DNA of 63,852 nucleotides, filler included, from Octopus bimaculoides (taxonomy: Eukaryota): the NCBI RefSeq assembly GCF_001194135.2. It is 8 parts of 8 records of this genome, joined end to end, with 100 filler letters (N's around TTAATTAATTAA, not from the genome) between each part and the next. Parts side by side here need not be neighbours in the genome. Positions count along the whole stretch, not along the records: positions 1 to 11,652 come from NC_069008.1; positions 11,753 to 37,245 come from NC_068989.1; 6 more parts are not named here. One strand, 5' to 3'. The translations under genes and the position numbers were made by a program. The notes beneath the pieces were generated by a model that saw nothing but the letters and a program-made list of their open reading frames with translations, searched no databases and was not told where the DNA came from. Shown in pieces: positions 1 through 12,809 of this stretch (its first letter is position 1; every line of letters starts with the position of its first letter).

Positions 1-698
1 TATATGTATGTATGTCATCGTTCAGTTTAATTTCAAGATTTCTTGTCAACAGAGAAAGAACCGGTTTCTAACCTAGACCCAAGGTTCCTGCATTGGAATT
101 TCATTAACATTAAATATAGGCGCAGGAGTGGCTGTGTGGTAAGTAGCAGCATTTTGTCTGTCTTTACATTCTGAGTTCAAATTCCGCCGAGGTCAACTTT
201 GCCTTGCATTCTTCGGCAGTGGCAGCGGTGGTGCGCCACCACCACCACCACCACCACGATCACCATCGTTTTAGCCCTCTCACTGCAAAATTAAATTTCA
301 TTATTACTTCGGGAATCATGTTAAACATCTACCAAAAAGCTAGAAGTGGTATTTTCTGTAAGTCATGTTGCCTCAATAAACGAGACAGATCCCAAGCAAA
401 ATATTAGTTTCAAACATGACATTCCTCAGTAAAAGAGACATTGGTAAATAAAATTGCTTTATGTAGTTAATGGTAATGAAATTTTGAGAAGAGATATCTG
501 ATTTCTGCAGTAAAAGGTTAATAAAAAAAAATAAAAGACATTGCCCCACTGTGGCAGCTGGGTGTGCAAAAAATAGCAACTAAATCACACAGAAATCAAA
601 CCATAAGAAGTGAAAAACAAATTGGATAGAATATAGTCTTTGACAAAGTGCTTGAGAAGGAAAAAATACAGGGTGTCCTAGAAAGATTTACTCATGTT

Positions 699-1056
699 TA
701 CTCTTTTACTCTTTCACTTGTTTTCAGTCATTTGACTGCAGCCATGCTGGAGCACCGCCTTAAGTCGAGCAAATCGACCCCAGGACTTATTCTTTGTAAG
801 CCTAGTACTTATTCTATCGGTCTCTTTTGCCAAACCACTAAGTTACTGGGACGTAAACACACCAGCATCGGTTGTCAAGCGATGGTGGGGGAGACAAACA
901 CCATCACAGTTTCCACCTATCAAATCCGCTCACAAAGCTTTGATTGGCCTGAGGCTATAGCAGAAGACGCTTGCCTAAGGTACCACACTATAGGACTGAA
1001 CCCAGATTCCTGTGGTTGGGAAGCAAGCTTCTTACCACACAGCCACACTTGCACCT
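699..1056 (-). mobile_element. SINE family A copy (internally deleted)
   Basis: Reverse complement of the same head (ggctgtgtggtaag) and tail (gactgaaaacaagtgaaagag) as the copies at 2720, 48241 and 51228. Confidence 0.9.
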
Positions 1057-1698
1057 ATTAAATATAATACTTGTTTAATCATTATTTAGAAATTAATCAT
1101 GCATTATCTCATAGCTTTGATATTTTGCTGATGTGACTGATTATTTTTAGAATGACATTGTAGGGAAGGTGTGATAAGCCAGATCTGGCCAGTTTGCACA
1201 TGAAACAGGATTTTGGCTGGATATAACTGGTTGAAATGCTAAAGGGTCAAATATCTACTAAAAACAAGAATTGGTGTTTTCTGCAAGTCATGTTGTCTCA
1301 ATAAACTTCACCTGTTTCAACAAGAAAATAGTTTTAAACACGACATTCTTCAACAAAAGACAAATTTGTAAATGAAACTGCTTTCTGCAGGTTAAGGCTA
1401 ATGAAATTTTGAGTGAATATATCTGGTTTCTGCAGTAAAAAGAGTTAATTACATCAAACAACCTAGTCCTTGATTTGCTAGAAATAGCAGCCAAATCTCC
1501 CTCAAATCAGAGATTACTGTCTTGATTAAATTTCACTGCAAAATTAAATTTCATGGTTATTCTAAAGTTGATATTAAATATCTACTAAAAAATAGAATTG
1601 GTATTTTCTGCAAGTCACGTTGCTTCAATAAACTTGACAGATCTCAAAATATTAGTTTCAAACATTGACATTCCTCAACAAAAGACAGATTGGTATAT

Positions 1699-2068
1699 AC
1701 TCTTTACTCTTTTACTTGTTTTAGTCATTTGACTGTGGCCATGCTGGAGCACTGCCTTTAGTCGAGCAAATCGACCCCAGGACTTATTCTTTGGAAGCCT
1801 AGTACTTATTCTATTGGTCTCTCTTTTGCTGAACCGCTATGTTACAGGGACAAACACAGACACACAAATTCACACACATACACAAACATACATACATATA
1901 TATACAATATATACGACGGTCTTCTTTCAGTTTCCGTCTACCAAATCCACTCACAAGGCTTTGGTCAGCCCAAGGCTATAGTAGAAGACACTTGCCCAAA
2001 GTGCCATGCAGTGGGACTGAACCCGGACCCATGTGGTTGATAAGGAAGCTACTTACCACACAGCCACT
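1699..2068 (-). mobile_element. SINE family A, near full length, inserted into the tandem unit
   Basis: Head, central AT/GT microsatellite and tail all match the other family A copies. Confidence 0.9.
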
Positions 2069-2719
2069 TATAAATCTTTCTGCAGTTAAAAGTAATGAAA
2101 TTTTGAGTGGATATATCTGATTTCCACAGTAAAAGAGTTAATTACATTAAACAATGTAGTCCTTGATTTGTTAGAAACAGCAACCAAATCTCCCTCAAAT
2201 CAGAGATTACTACCTTAACCCTTTCACTGCAAAATTAATTACATGGTTATTCTTATGTTGATATTAAAAATCTACTAACAAATAGAATTTGTATTTTCTG
2301 TGAGTCACGTTGCTTCAATAAACTTGACATAGTTCAAAATAAGTTTTAAACATGACATTCCTCAAAACAAGACAAATTGGTTTATAAAGTTACTTTCTGT
2401 AGCTAGGGATAATGAAATTTTGAGTGGCTATATCCGATTTCTGCAGTTAAAATGTTAATGCTCTCTATCTTAAGCATGCTTGGGGTAAATAATATTCTTT
2501 GAGGCAAACTTTCCTAAGGCCAGGTGACCTTCTTGTTAATCATCACATGTTTTAAAGCAAGGTAATATTTCACCATGGCTGGAGATGTTTCCATAGAAGA
2601 CTGTAAATGAATGACCCCTCTTGTAGACAATGACGATCGTTTACAACTATTGCAAGATGTCAAGACAAAGAGAGTGCCAGTTTTTGTGTGTCTTGCTTAA
2701 AGGCACTCCATTGGTAACG

Positions 2720-3123
2720 AGGCTGTGTGGTAAGTAACTTGCTTACGAACCACATGGTTCTAGGTTCAGTCCCAACTGCGTGGCACCTTGGGCAAGTGTC
2801 TTCTACTATAACCTTGGGCTGACCAAAGCCTTGGGAGTGGATTTGGTAGACGGAAACTGAAAGAAACCCGTCGTACATATGTATATATATATATGTATGT
2901 GTGTGTATATGTTTGCGTGTCTGTGTTTGTCCCCCCAACATCGCCTGACAACCGATGGTGGTATGTTTACGTCCCCGTAACTTAGTGGTTCAGCAGAGAG
3001 TGACCGATAGAATAAGTACTAGGCTTACAAAGAGTAAGTCCTGGGGTCGATTTGCTCGACTAAAAGGCGGTGCTCCAGTATGGCCGCAATCAAATGACTG
3101 AAACAAGTAAAAGAGAGAGAGAG
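2720..3123 (+). mobile_element. SINE family A, near full length
   Basis: ggctgtgtggtaagtaacttgc...ggttcagtccc (B-box-like)...gactgaaacaagtaaaagag. Confidence 0.9.
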
Positions 3124-3269
3124 TAATTAATTTATTAATGATTAGTGTGTGGGCTGAGAAAGTTGGATACCACAAAAGTGATGAGAATTCGAATGATGAT
3201 TGAATCAACAATGAATAAGTAGACCAGCTCCTTGAGACCAGCTTGTTTCAAGGAGCAGAGGCCATTATT

Positions 3270-3582
3270 GTTAGCCTTTCAAAGCCTAACCAGGCTCATG
3301 GGCCCCGGTTTCCTGGTTTCTACGGCGTATGTGTTCCCCCCCCCCCAGCTGGACGGGATGCTAGTCCATCGCAGCATTACTCAAGAAACAGGAAGAAAGA
3401 GTGAGAGAAAGTTGGGGACAAAAGAGTAGAACAGGGGTCGCCACCACCCCCTGCCGGAGCCTCGTGGAGCTTTTTAGGTGTTTTCGCTCAATAAACACAC
3501 ACAATGCCCGGTCTGGGAATCGAAACCGCGATCCTCTGACCGCAAGTCCGCTGCCCTAACCACTGGGCCATTGCGCCTCCAC
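3270..3582 (-). mobile_element. SINE family C (tRNA-derived head)
   Basis: Minus strand ggcgcaatggcccagtggttagggcagcgg (A box)...ggtttcgattccc (B box). Related copies lie at 31395-31605, 37346-37560 and 45305-45410. Confidence 0.85.
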
Positions 3583-3584
3583 AG

Positions 3585-3930
3585 AGGCCATTATAGTAGT
3601 GGTAAAAAAGATAGAGGGAGGAGACAGCATGCCAGTGGGTTAGAGGCTGGGGAAAGTCTGTTAGTGATGGTGTATAAATTAGCCAAGTGGTCCTTTTTTT
3701 GGATGTAGCCAAAGATGTTTGGGGGCATAGTAGCAATATAGTCTCATGTGTAGGAGCAAGGTTTCGTCGTGGACCTCACTAGAGCCTTTCAGAGTATCAG
3801 CAGATGTTAGTGGCTAAAATATTTTCTGATCCTTACTAGGGACTGGCATGAGTCTGTTAGTGATGGAGTACCAATTAACCGAGTGACCCTTTTTTGGATG
3901 AGTGGAGAATTCCAGCATTAAAAATATTGT
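3585..3930 (-). mobile_element. Decayed CR1/L2-group LINE ORF2 C-terminal fragments
   Basis: Minus-strand translations resemble the IQKR..RLI..PSLTD.LQPL.H...VSSL.LFY.YY.GLC motif. The segment occurs twice (about 3654-3705 and 3851-3900). Confidence 0.65.
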
Positions 3931-4715
3931 GATGCTTATGTGATATATGGTCACCAGTGATCAGAGATCAAATCACAGCGGAGTCAATTTTTTTTTTTTA
4001 ACCCCAGGTCGGTCCAAATCAAGTAGTAGCAGAGCTATGATCAAGAGTGTTATAGTTTATATAGGTGTAGATAGTATATCTTGGACTACATGACCTAATG
4101 TGCCCTCCCTTGTTGTTGTAGCTGTTTAATGCTAGTTCCTCATAATCACCACCACCACTACCCGCTTTCCGTACTGTGCCCCTTTCTGTACATTGTCGTC
4201 ATTTGTAGAATACGATGGATTCAGCATCACCACCACCAGTATCATCGCCATGGTGATCATCATCACCCTGCTCTGAATCTCTTATCTACCACCACCACCA
4301 CCACCACCACCACCACAANNNNNNNNNNNNNNNNNNNNNNNNNNNNNNNNNNNNNNNNNNNNNNNNNNNNNNNNNNNNNNNNNNNNNNNNNNNNNNNNNN
4401 NNNNNNNNNNNNNNNNNNNNNNNNNNNNNNNNNNNNNNNNNNNNNNNNNNNNNNNNNNNNNNNNNNNNNNNNNNNNNNNNNNNNNNNNNNNNNNNNNNNN
4501 NNNNNNNNNNNNNNNNNNNNNNNNNNNNNNNNNNNNNNNNNNNNNNNNNNNNNNNNNNNNNNNNNNNNNNNNNNNNNNNNNNNNNNNNNNNNNNNNNNNN
4601 NNNNNNNNNNNNNNNNNNNNNNNNNNNNNNNNNNNNNACCACCACCACCACCACAACCACCACCACCACCACTGCCACCACAACCACCACCACCACCACC
4701 ACAACAACCACCACC

Positions 4716-4753
<38 letters not shown>

Positions 4754-5706
4754 AGCCCTTGTTTGTCGCTGCTTCTGCTGTTTGTTGTTGTTGTTGTTGT
4801 TGCCGTAGAATTCCTTGGATCGATCGAACTGTTCCAGCACTGATGTGTGTTAAGTGAAACACAGGGAGAGCGTTAAGCCGGAAGTAGGGGAGTCGGGGGT
4901 TTGAGGGGGAGAGAGAAGATAGAGATGATGGTGGTGGTGGTGGTGGTAGTGGGGTCATACCGGTGCCTCGAGGCGTAGTAGTTGTAGTAGTGGCGGCGGT
5001 AGTTATTGTGGTGGTATTAGACTTGTTATTGTTGGTGTTGGTGTTGCCTATATTTGTGGTGGTGGTGGTGGTAGTACCGGCGTTTTTCCCTTCTGGCCTC
5101 TAGTAGTAGTAGCAGTAGTAGTAGTAGCAGTAGTAGTAATAGTAGTAGTGGTGGTGGTGGTGGCGGCGGTAGTTGTGCTGGTAGTAGAGGTGGTAGTGAT
5201 GTTGGTGATCGTAGTAGAGGTCGTCGCCTTGTAGTATGGACAGTGGCATAGAATATGATGGATTCGGCGCACCCCCCACCCTCCATCCCGCAATCCAAAT
5301 TGGCTCCAATCGTCGTCGTCCCCATAACAGCAGCAGTAGTAGTCGCAAGTAATAGTAGTAGTAGTAGTAGTATTTTAAGTGCTGGCAGCTAGCAGCAAGT
5401 GTCAAATAAAATAGTGGGTGTAGAATCGGTAATAATTGTAGTAGTGGTGGTGGTGGTGGTGAGGGTGGTGTTGGCGCTCGTTTTGATGTTAATGGCTGTG
5501 GTTGTGGTGGTTGTGGTGGTGGCGATGGCGGCGTAAAATTTTTATCAACAAGTAACACACGCACGTATATACAGATTGTATGTATGTATGTGCGTCTGTG
5601 TATGTCTGTGTCTGTGTGTTTGTGTGTGTATATATATATATGCACGCATATACAGATGTATGTATGTACGTCCGTCTCTGTTTGTGTGTTTGTGTGTGTG
5701 TTTTGT

Positions 5707-5740
<34 letters not shown>

Positions 5741-6465
5741 TGTATACGTATTATATATGTGATATGTAATATATATATAGTAAAATGTATATAATATATA
5801 TACATTATCTATCAATCTAAATATATACTTACTCAAACACACACACAAACATATTCAAACACACACACATACACACACATATACATATACATATTCACTC
5901 ATAAATATTAGTGCTGAGCCGAGATTGCTCTCTGTTCTGGTTAGAGTTCCAGTACATCTAACAAAGCCAGATCTTCGATCGCCTATTAGAGATAGCAGCT
6001 TAATCTCCCTCAAATCGCATTCTGCTGTCTTGTGTATGTATGTATGTATGTATGTATGTATGTACGAGCTAAAGAACGAGATAGTAGTCAAAATGTCCCT
6101 CAAATCACATGCTACTCGGCAACTAGAGATGGTAGAAATAGCAGCTAAATATTCCTCAGAATATTCCGTACTGGAGGGATACTTCAAGATAATATAGACA
6201 TTTATTTTGTGCGTTGGAAATAAAAGCAAAATTGTTAGTTGTATCTAGAACATCAATAATAGATTTGCTGGATCAGGCATGCCCTGGGCTAAACAAGCGT
6301 AACACCATCTAGAATTTCTACATAGGGTACTTCGGCCTGCTAGAAATAACAGGGATTATGTATCTCCAAATTAATCTGGTGTGCTGTTTGTTATTTATAT
6401 TTAAAAAAGAGATAAGAATGGTGTATTGGATAACGAATGCTGTGTGTATACATATATATTTGTAC

Positions 6466-6500
<35 letters not shown>

Positions 6501-6538
6501 NNNNNNNNNNCAGATGCATATATTTGTGTGTGTATACA

Positions 6539-6591
<53 letters not shown>

Positions 6592-6685
6592 GTGTGTGTG
6601 TGTGTGTGTGTGTGTACGTGTATGTGCGTATGTATTGTACATATATTTGTGTGTATATAATATATATGTCCATATATATACGTAT

Positions 6686-6738
<53 letters not shown>

Positions 6739-8514
6739 TATGGATATAGATAGAGAGATTAATTGATTGATGATAGAAAGATTGACTGATTGATTGATTG
6801 ATAAACATACAGAAACATGTAAGCAGAAAAGGTATACACATATATATCTTTTTATATACATTTATATGTATACATGAATGTATGTCTGTCTGTCTATAAG
6901 TATGCATGTGATATACACGCACAGAGATATATATTACATTAAAGTAGAAAAAAAATACATGCGGTGGTCACTAATAACGGAACGTCTTTCATTAATTTTC
7001 TAGTTGTTTTGCCGCCAGAATGAGAGCTCGAAAACCACAGCGACAAAAACGATATGATGAATTAAATGAAACATTAATATAATAGATGCGGTCATATACT
7101 ACATGTGAAAGTGAAACTAACGAGATGGTCATGCTTGGAAAGACGTTTCTATGAATTATACGATCTGGCTGATCCTGGGGCGGAATGGCCGATGGAGCGG
7201 TTGCATTGGTGGCTTGTGAGCACCCAAAGCAACAGTTTACGATAGCATCAACATCAAATACAAACAAACGTTGGGAATGCATTGGAGAAAATAACAGACA
7301 GAAAGAGGATATCTCGTGGTTTCTTTACAAAAAAAAAAAAGAAGACAAAAAATTTAAGGGGCATTTCTGTAGAATAGCGTCGGAAAATTATCTTGTGTTC
7401 CGAGCAGCGTAATTTTTGTTCGGATGATTTATGTTTTAAGTATTGTAGATAGCGATTCTACAAGTGATTTTTTTGCTGGTAGGTCTATGGAATTTCTTTT
7501 TCTCTTCCCTCTACCATTTGCGATATTTTTTCTTTAAGCTTTGACATTTATTTCCAAAATTTTCTCTCTCATTGTATTTTTTTTTTAAAGGTTTATGTAA
7601 CGGTATATTTTTGAAGAACCCTAATCTTGAATATATAAAACAGAAATCTGATAAAGAAAAAATATCTACAACCTGAAAATCAAAGAGAAAAGGATGAGGG
7701 GATTCCACGCACTAATAAAATAATTCCTGCTTTTCTATTCATTTTTTTGCAATACCTAAAAGATACATATCCGAAAAAAAAATTAAGGTTTTTGGAGCAT
7801 CAGATAATATCTGACTCTATACTTTAGGAATACCCTTAAAACATGCACATACAAATAAATTCCGGTTTGGGGGAGCAGGAAATATTTTCCGACTCTATTC
7901 TATAGGAATACCCTTCAAAGCCTTTTTACACATCCGAAGAAATAATGAGTTTTGTTTTGAAGTGCTAGATAAATTCCGACTCTATTCTATAGGAATTCTA
8001 TGATTTCTTGTTAATTGTTTTTAAAAAAATAAAATAATGATGACGATAAAATTGTAGTGCACTTACCCGAATCGAACTCGCGTTTCATCCGTGGCGAGGT
8101 CATCACACGGAACAAGACGTAATACCAACGATCCGTGTCACAAGATAAGCGATTCGTTATTGTTGCGTGCGTAATAACTATGGAAGGATGGATGGATGGA
8201 TAGAGGGATGGATGGATGTATGGATGGACGTACGGCCGTGAAAATGTAAACACGTGTGCGCGCGCGCGCCGTTCGCCGTCGGAATCCGTCTGTGAGAGAG
8301 TGTGTGTGTGTGTGTGTGTGTGTGCGTGCGTGTGCGTGTTTGTATGTGAGCGCGCGTGTGATGGGTTTTTGAGGCTGACGCGATTGGTGACGACTTCAAG
8401 AGCGCGGTTTGATTGAGTGAATGTGTTTATCTACGTGTGTGTGTGTGTGTGTGCTTGCATGTATGTGTGTGCATGTGATTGACGATGCGTGTGTACGTCT
8501 GTGTGTATGTACAA

Positions 8515-8552
<38 letters not shown>

Positions 8553-8878
8553 TTATATATAAAGAGCTATGAGCTACCTGTGTATCTATATCTTACCTGT
8601 CTACCTGTCTATCTATTTCTCTATCTATTTATCTGCCTCTTGTATGTATGTGTGCATGCACGTATGTATGTATGTATGTGTATGTATGTATGTATGTATG
8701 TATCTATCTATGTATGTATGTGTGTGTATGTATGTGTGTATATATGTATGTATGTATACATATATAGCTATATATTTTCTCGTGCCAATAATAACATCAT
8801 CCACACATCACAAACCCAAATAACAAATATAAATTTTCCCACCGCGTCATACTGTTTGCTTTTACTACTTCGATGTTA

Positions 8879-8925
<47 letters not shown>

Positions 8926-9072
8926 TACATATGCGACGTAATATGATAAATATATATCTTCCCGTGTGATATCACTTGTCAACAGTTTGGCTTGTTCAAC
9001 AAAGCGAATGTATACACTCTCTCTCTGTCTCTCTTTATTAGTTACTCTTTTTCTTTAACTGATTCTCCTACA

Positions 9073-9104
<32 letters not shown>

Positions 9105-9139
9105 AAACTCAATCGTTCTTTCTCCCTGTCTGTCTGTCT

Positions 9140-9207
<68 letters not shown>

Positions 9208-9354
9208 CTCTCTCTGTGTTTTTGTGTGTGTCTGTGTCTTCCTCTGTCGTTTTTTGTCAACATTCGATCGTTTTCCGTCGGCTTTCACTTTCGTTTTCGC
9301 ATTGGAGTTTACCGCTGCAATGACGAGAGGCAGGCAAGGATGGGAAGCAGTGTG

Positions 9355-9960
9355 GTGGAGGAAGGAAGGAAGGAAGGAGGGAGGGAAGGAATGAAGGAAG
9401 GAAGGAAGGAAGAGTGAAAGTAAGAAAGAGTGAAAGAAAGAAATAGTGAAAGAGTGAAAGAAAGGCCAAAAGAAAAAAGAGAAAGAAAGTCCAAAAGAAA
9501 GAAAGAAAGAAAGAGTGAAAGAAAGAAAGAAAGAAAGGAAGGAAGGAAGAAAGAAAGAGTGAAAGAAAGAAAGAAAGAAAGAGTGAAAGAAAGGAAGAGA
9601 GAAAGAAAGGACGGGAGAAAGAGAGAAAGAAAGAGAGGGAGAAAGAAAGAAAGAAGGATATGAAGAAGGAAATGAAGAAAGAGGAAAATAAGTAAAGAAG
9701 GAAAGAAAAATAGAAAGAAATAAAGAAAAGTCAGAAAGAAAATGACAAAGGAAAGAAAGAAACAAAGAGAGAAAGAAAAGGAGAAAGAAAGAGAGAAGCA
9801 AAGAAACAAAGAACAAAAAAAGGAGAGAAACAAAAAAAGAAAGAGAGAAGAAAAATAGAAATAGAGGCAAGGGAGAAAGAAAGAACAAAGGAAAAAAAGA
9901 AAGAAAAAACAAAAGGGAAAGAAATAAACACAAAAACAAAAAAGAAAGAAAAGGGAGATA
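9355..9960. repeat. ~600-nt homopurine (GAAA/GGAA/GAGA) low-complexity tract
   Basis: Almost exclusively G and A on the plus strand. Confidence 0.9.
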
Positions 9961-9974
9961 GGGGAGTGTTCCTA

Positions 9975-10375
9975 CTGCAGGCAAAATGCCTGAAATTCTG
10001 AGGAAGGGGCCGAGTAGATTATATCGACCCTAGTATTCGTCTGGTACTTATTGACCCCGAAAAGATGAAAGGCAAAATCGACCTCGGTGGAATTTGAACT
10101 CAGAACGCAAAGACGGACGTATTTGAATTCAGAACGTATGGACGGACGAAATGCCGCTAAGCATTTTGCCCGGCGTGGTAACGATTCTTTTCTTTTCTGC
10201 TCTAGGCACAGGGCCCGATTAGATCGACCCCAGTAGGCAACTGGTACTTATTTTATCAACCCCGAAAGGATGAAAGGCAAAATCGACCTCGGTGGAATTT
10301 GAACTCAGAACGCAAAGACGGACGAAATACCGCTATGCATTTCGCCCGGCGTGCTAACGTTTCTGCCAGCTCACC
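9975..10375 (-). mobile_element. SINE family B, tandem partial copies
   Basis: Repeated reverse complements gatgaaaggcaaaatcgacctcggtggaatttgaactcagaacg, ending ctgccagctcacc. Confidence 0.85.
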
Positions 10376-10712
10376 AACAAATGGAGCGGTTGAGCAGCAG
10401 AACGCGTCCCTCTCTAAGAAACCGGAAGAGCAGACTCTCCAATCCGGTGAGGCGTGAGCTGGGAGTCATGCGGCGGTAATATATAACGGAAACAATATAA
10501 AGCGTTCGCCATTTCTGTCCAGCCTTTCAGGGATAGCTTTCTTTCGGTCCGTTCATGGGTGAGGTTGGCTACCCTCTCAGTCACCTCGTCTCAACTTTCC
10601 CCTACCTGGTGCCCTGATCCAAAACTAATCCTGAGCAATTTAACTGGTCCCTCCATTCAGTGCTCTACGACGTTATTGGACTGTATGGACATGTGTCTCT
10701 AGGTCAGGAATA

Positions 10713-11260
10713 CTCAGCCATTTTTTTTATCTATGGACCCCTTTTATTACTATCTTATTCTGGTGGACCCCCATAGCCATTCGATGCTTGAAAATTAATT
10801 TTATAGGGACTATTTTCAAAATTCCTATTTTGTTTTCCACACATTAACTTGTGTAGGTCGAACTGTGTAAAATGTTAAGGAAAAAACCTAGCTATTTCTT
10901 GCAATACATACCAATACATACTTCTAAAGCAGGGGTTCTCAGCCATTTCTTATCTATGAACCCGTTTGATTGCTATTTTATTCTGGTAGACCTCACCCCA
11001 TAGTCATTCAGTGATTAAAAACTAGCTTTATAGAAACTTCTTTCAAAATTCCTATTTTGTTTTTCCCACATTAACTTGTGTAGGTCGAACTGTGTAAAAT
11101 GTTAGGGAAAAAACCTAGCTATTTCTTGCAACACATACCAATATATACATCTGAAGCAAAATTCTTTCAAAGGCCCTTAAAATATTATTGTAGAATCACA
11201 ATTTACTATTTTGTTGCGTGGACCCCCACCCCCGTCTAATGTCATATGGATCCTTAGGGG
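10713..11260 (+). mobile_element. Tandemly duplicated non-autonomous DNA-transposon-like repeat
   Basis: A ~230-bp unit occurs twice (ctcagccattt...cacattaacttgtgtaggtcgaactgtgtaaaatg...cataccaata). The caggggttctca end is hAT-like, and related sequence lies inverted at about 45070-45290. Confidence 0.55.
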
Positions 11261-11401
11261 TCACATGGACACCCGCTGAGATAAGACCTGTACAAGCAAT
11301 TGAAAACGAATGAAACTGAAAATAGGTGAGTAAAGAAAAGAAGGCATAGAAAATTTCATAGGGATGTTGAAGATAAGACAGACAGAGAAAAAAAATATCT
11401 G

Positions 11402-11652
11402 TTTCATATTTGTTGTTGTTGGCACTTCGTCGCTTACGACGTCGAGGGTTCCAGTTGATCCGATCAACGGAACAGCCTGCTCGTGAAATTAACGTGCAAG
11501 TGGCTGAGCATTCCACAGACACGTGTACCCTTAACGTAGTTCTCGGGGATATTCAGCGTGACACAGAGTGTGACAAGGCTGACCCCTTTGAATTACAGGC
11601 ACAACAGAAACAAGAAGAAAGAGTGAGAGAAAGTTGTGGTGAAAGAGTAAAG
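11402..11652 (+). mobile_element. Dispersed repeat/SINE family D
   Basis: gttccagttgat...gtgaaattaacgtgcaagtggctgag...ccacagacac recurs at 37165-37245. Confidence 0.75.
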
Positions 11653-11752
11653 NNNNNNNNNNNNNNNNNNNNNNNNNNNNNNNNNNNNNNNNNNNNTTAA
11701 TTAATTAANNNNNNNNNNNNNNNNNNNNNNNNNNNNNNNNNNNNNNNNNNNN
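11653..11752. other. Assembly linker N44-TTAATTAATTAA-N44 (also at 37246-37345, 48638-48737, 53779-53878, 57769-57868, 59693-59792, 62628-62727)
   Basis: An identical 100-nt block occurs seven times. TTAATTAATTAA has a stop in all six frames, a standard artificial spacer. Confidence 0.95.
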
Positions 11753-12655
11753 ATATATATATACTACATAGCCACGCCTCTACCTAAATTCTTGAAACGT
11801 TTTGATCATCATCGCTTTCGAATACGATTACAGGCCAGGCTCCGAATAGTTGCTGTGTTAAATGTTAGTGTTCTAGCGTTTTTCCACTCTTACCATGTTT
11901 TCATTCGGTGACCTATCAAATACAATCAAACTGTCTTCATAAAATATCTTGAATTATCCTAATATGACATATTTATCACTAGTCTTGCCTAATTTGATTG
12001 TTGAGTATTCTTCCCCCATTACTTCCCGTTTATATGTACATATTTTTCATAATATTTCGGTGAATTTTATTACTTGAAAATTCCTTAACACACTTTCCAT
12101 TTAAAAGTTCCCTCAAGGAGACATAAGATCCACTATCATTTATAATTGATAGTTCTTCAATTTTGACCTAAATTGGAAATGAATATTAGTGACTTGTAGA
12201 GGTACCCTTGACTATCGTTCTAATATAATGTTGGTTGGGAATTTTTCAATTATCATTTTGAATTAAGTGTTCATTAATGATAAGTGGTGTCTTAGTATAA
12301 GAAAACTGATATAGTATAAAACGTCAGTGAGATCTTAGCAGTCTTACTTTGTTCCTGAGCGTACACTTAATTGAGCTAAATCTAATTAGATTCGATAGGT
12401 AATTTAGTATAAGTCATGCTACTATAGGTTTATGATTTGATATTATATCAGATTCAGAGCTAAAGAGCACGATTATGTGTCCAATAATTTTTGCTGTTCT
12501 ACTTGCTAGGAAGAACGCTCTTAAATCCTTCTTTCTTGGAATAACATATTTAACACTTAATCTACTTTTTCATATTGGTGTAAACGTGTATCATGAAAAA
12601 GTATATCCTATCTCCGATAGAATTATATATGTGTGTGTACGTGCGTGTGTCATGT

Positions 12656-12767
12656 ATGAAAAATGTAACCGCTGGTTTATGCCTTCGATGAAATTGATAC
12701 AATTTTGGGGTAAGTTACTCACAAATCGGTTGATAACTACACTGAATGATGATGATGATGATGATGA

Positions 12768-12809
<42 letters not shown>

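Larger units (their letters stand above)
275..2460 (+). repeat. Diverged tandem array, ~300-330-bp unit, about 4 copies, interrupted by SINEs
   Basis: cactgcaaaattaa recurs at 281, 1534 and 2225. The core ggtattttctg...aagtca.gttg...aataaac...aaacatgacattc...taatgaaattttgag recurs at about 350, 1275, 1600/2090 and 2290. Confidence 0.8.

Noticed and set aside
9109-9984. 291-aa F/L/S-rich membrane-like ORF
   Set aside because: It is the translation of the (TTTC)n low-complexity strand and shows no real coding signal.
11697-11708. TTAATTAATTAA palindrome recurring seven times
   Set aside because: It is always centred in exactly 44+44 Ns and has stops in six frames, so it is an assembly spacer and not a biological motif.
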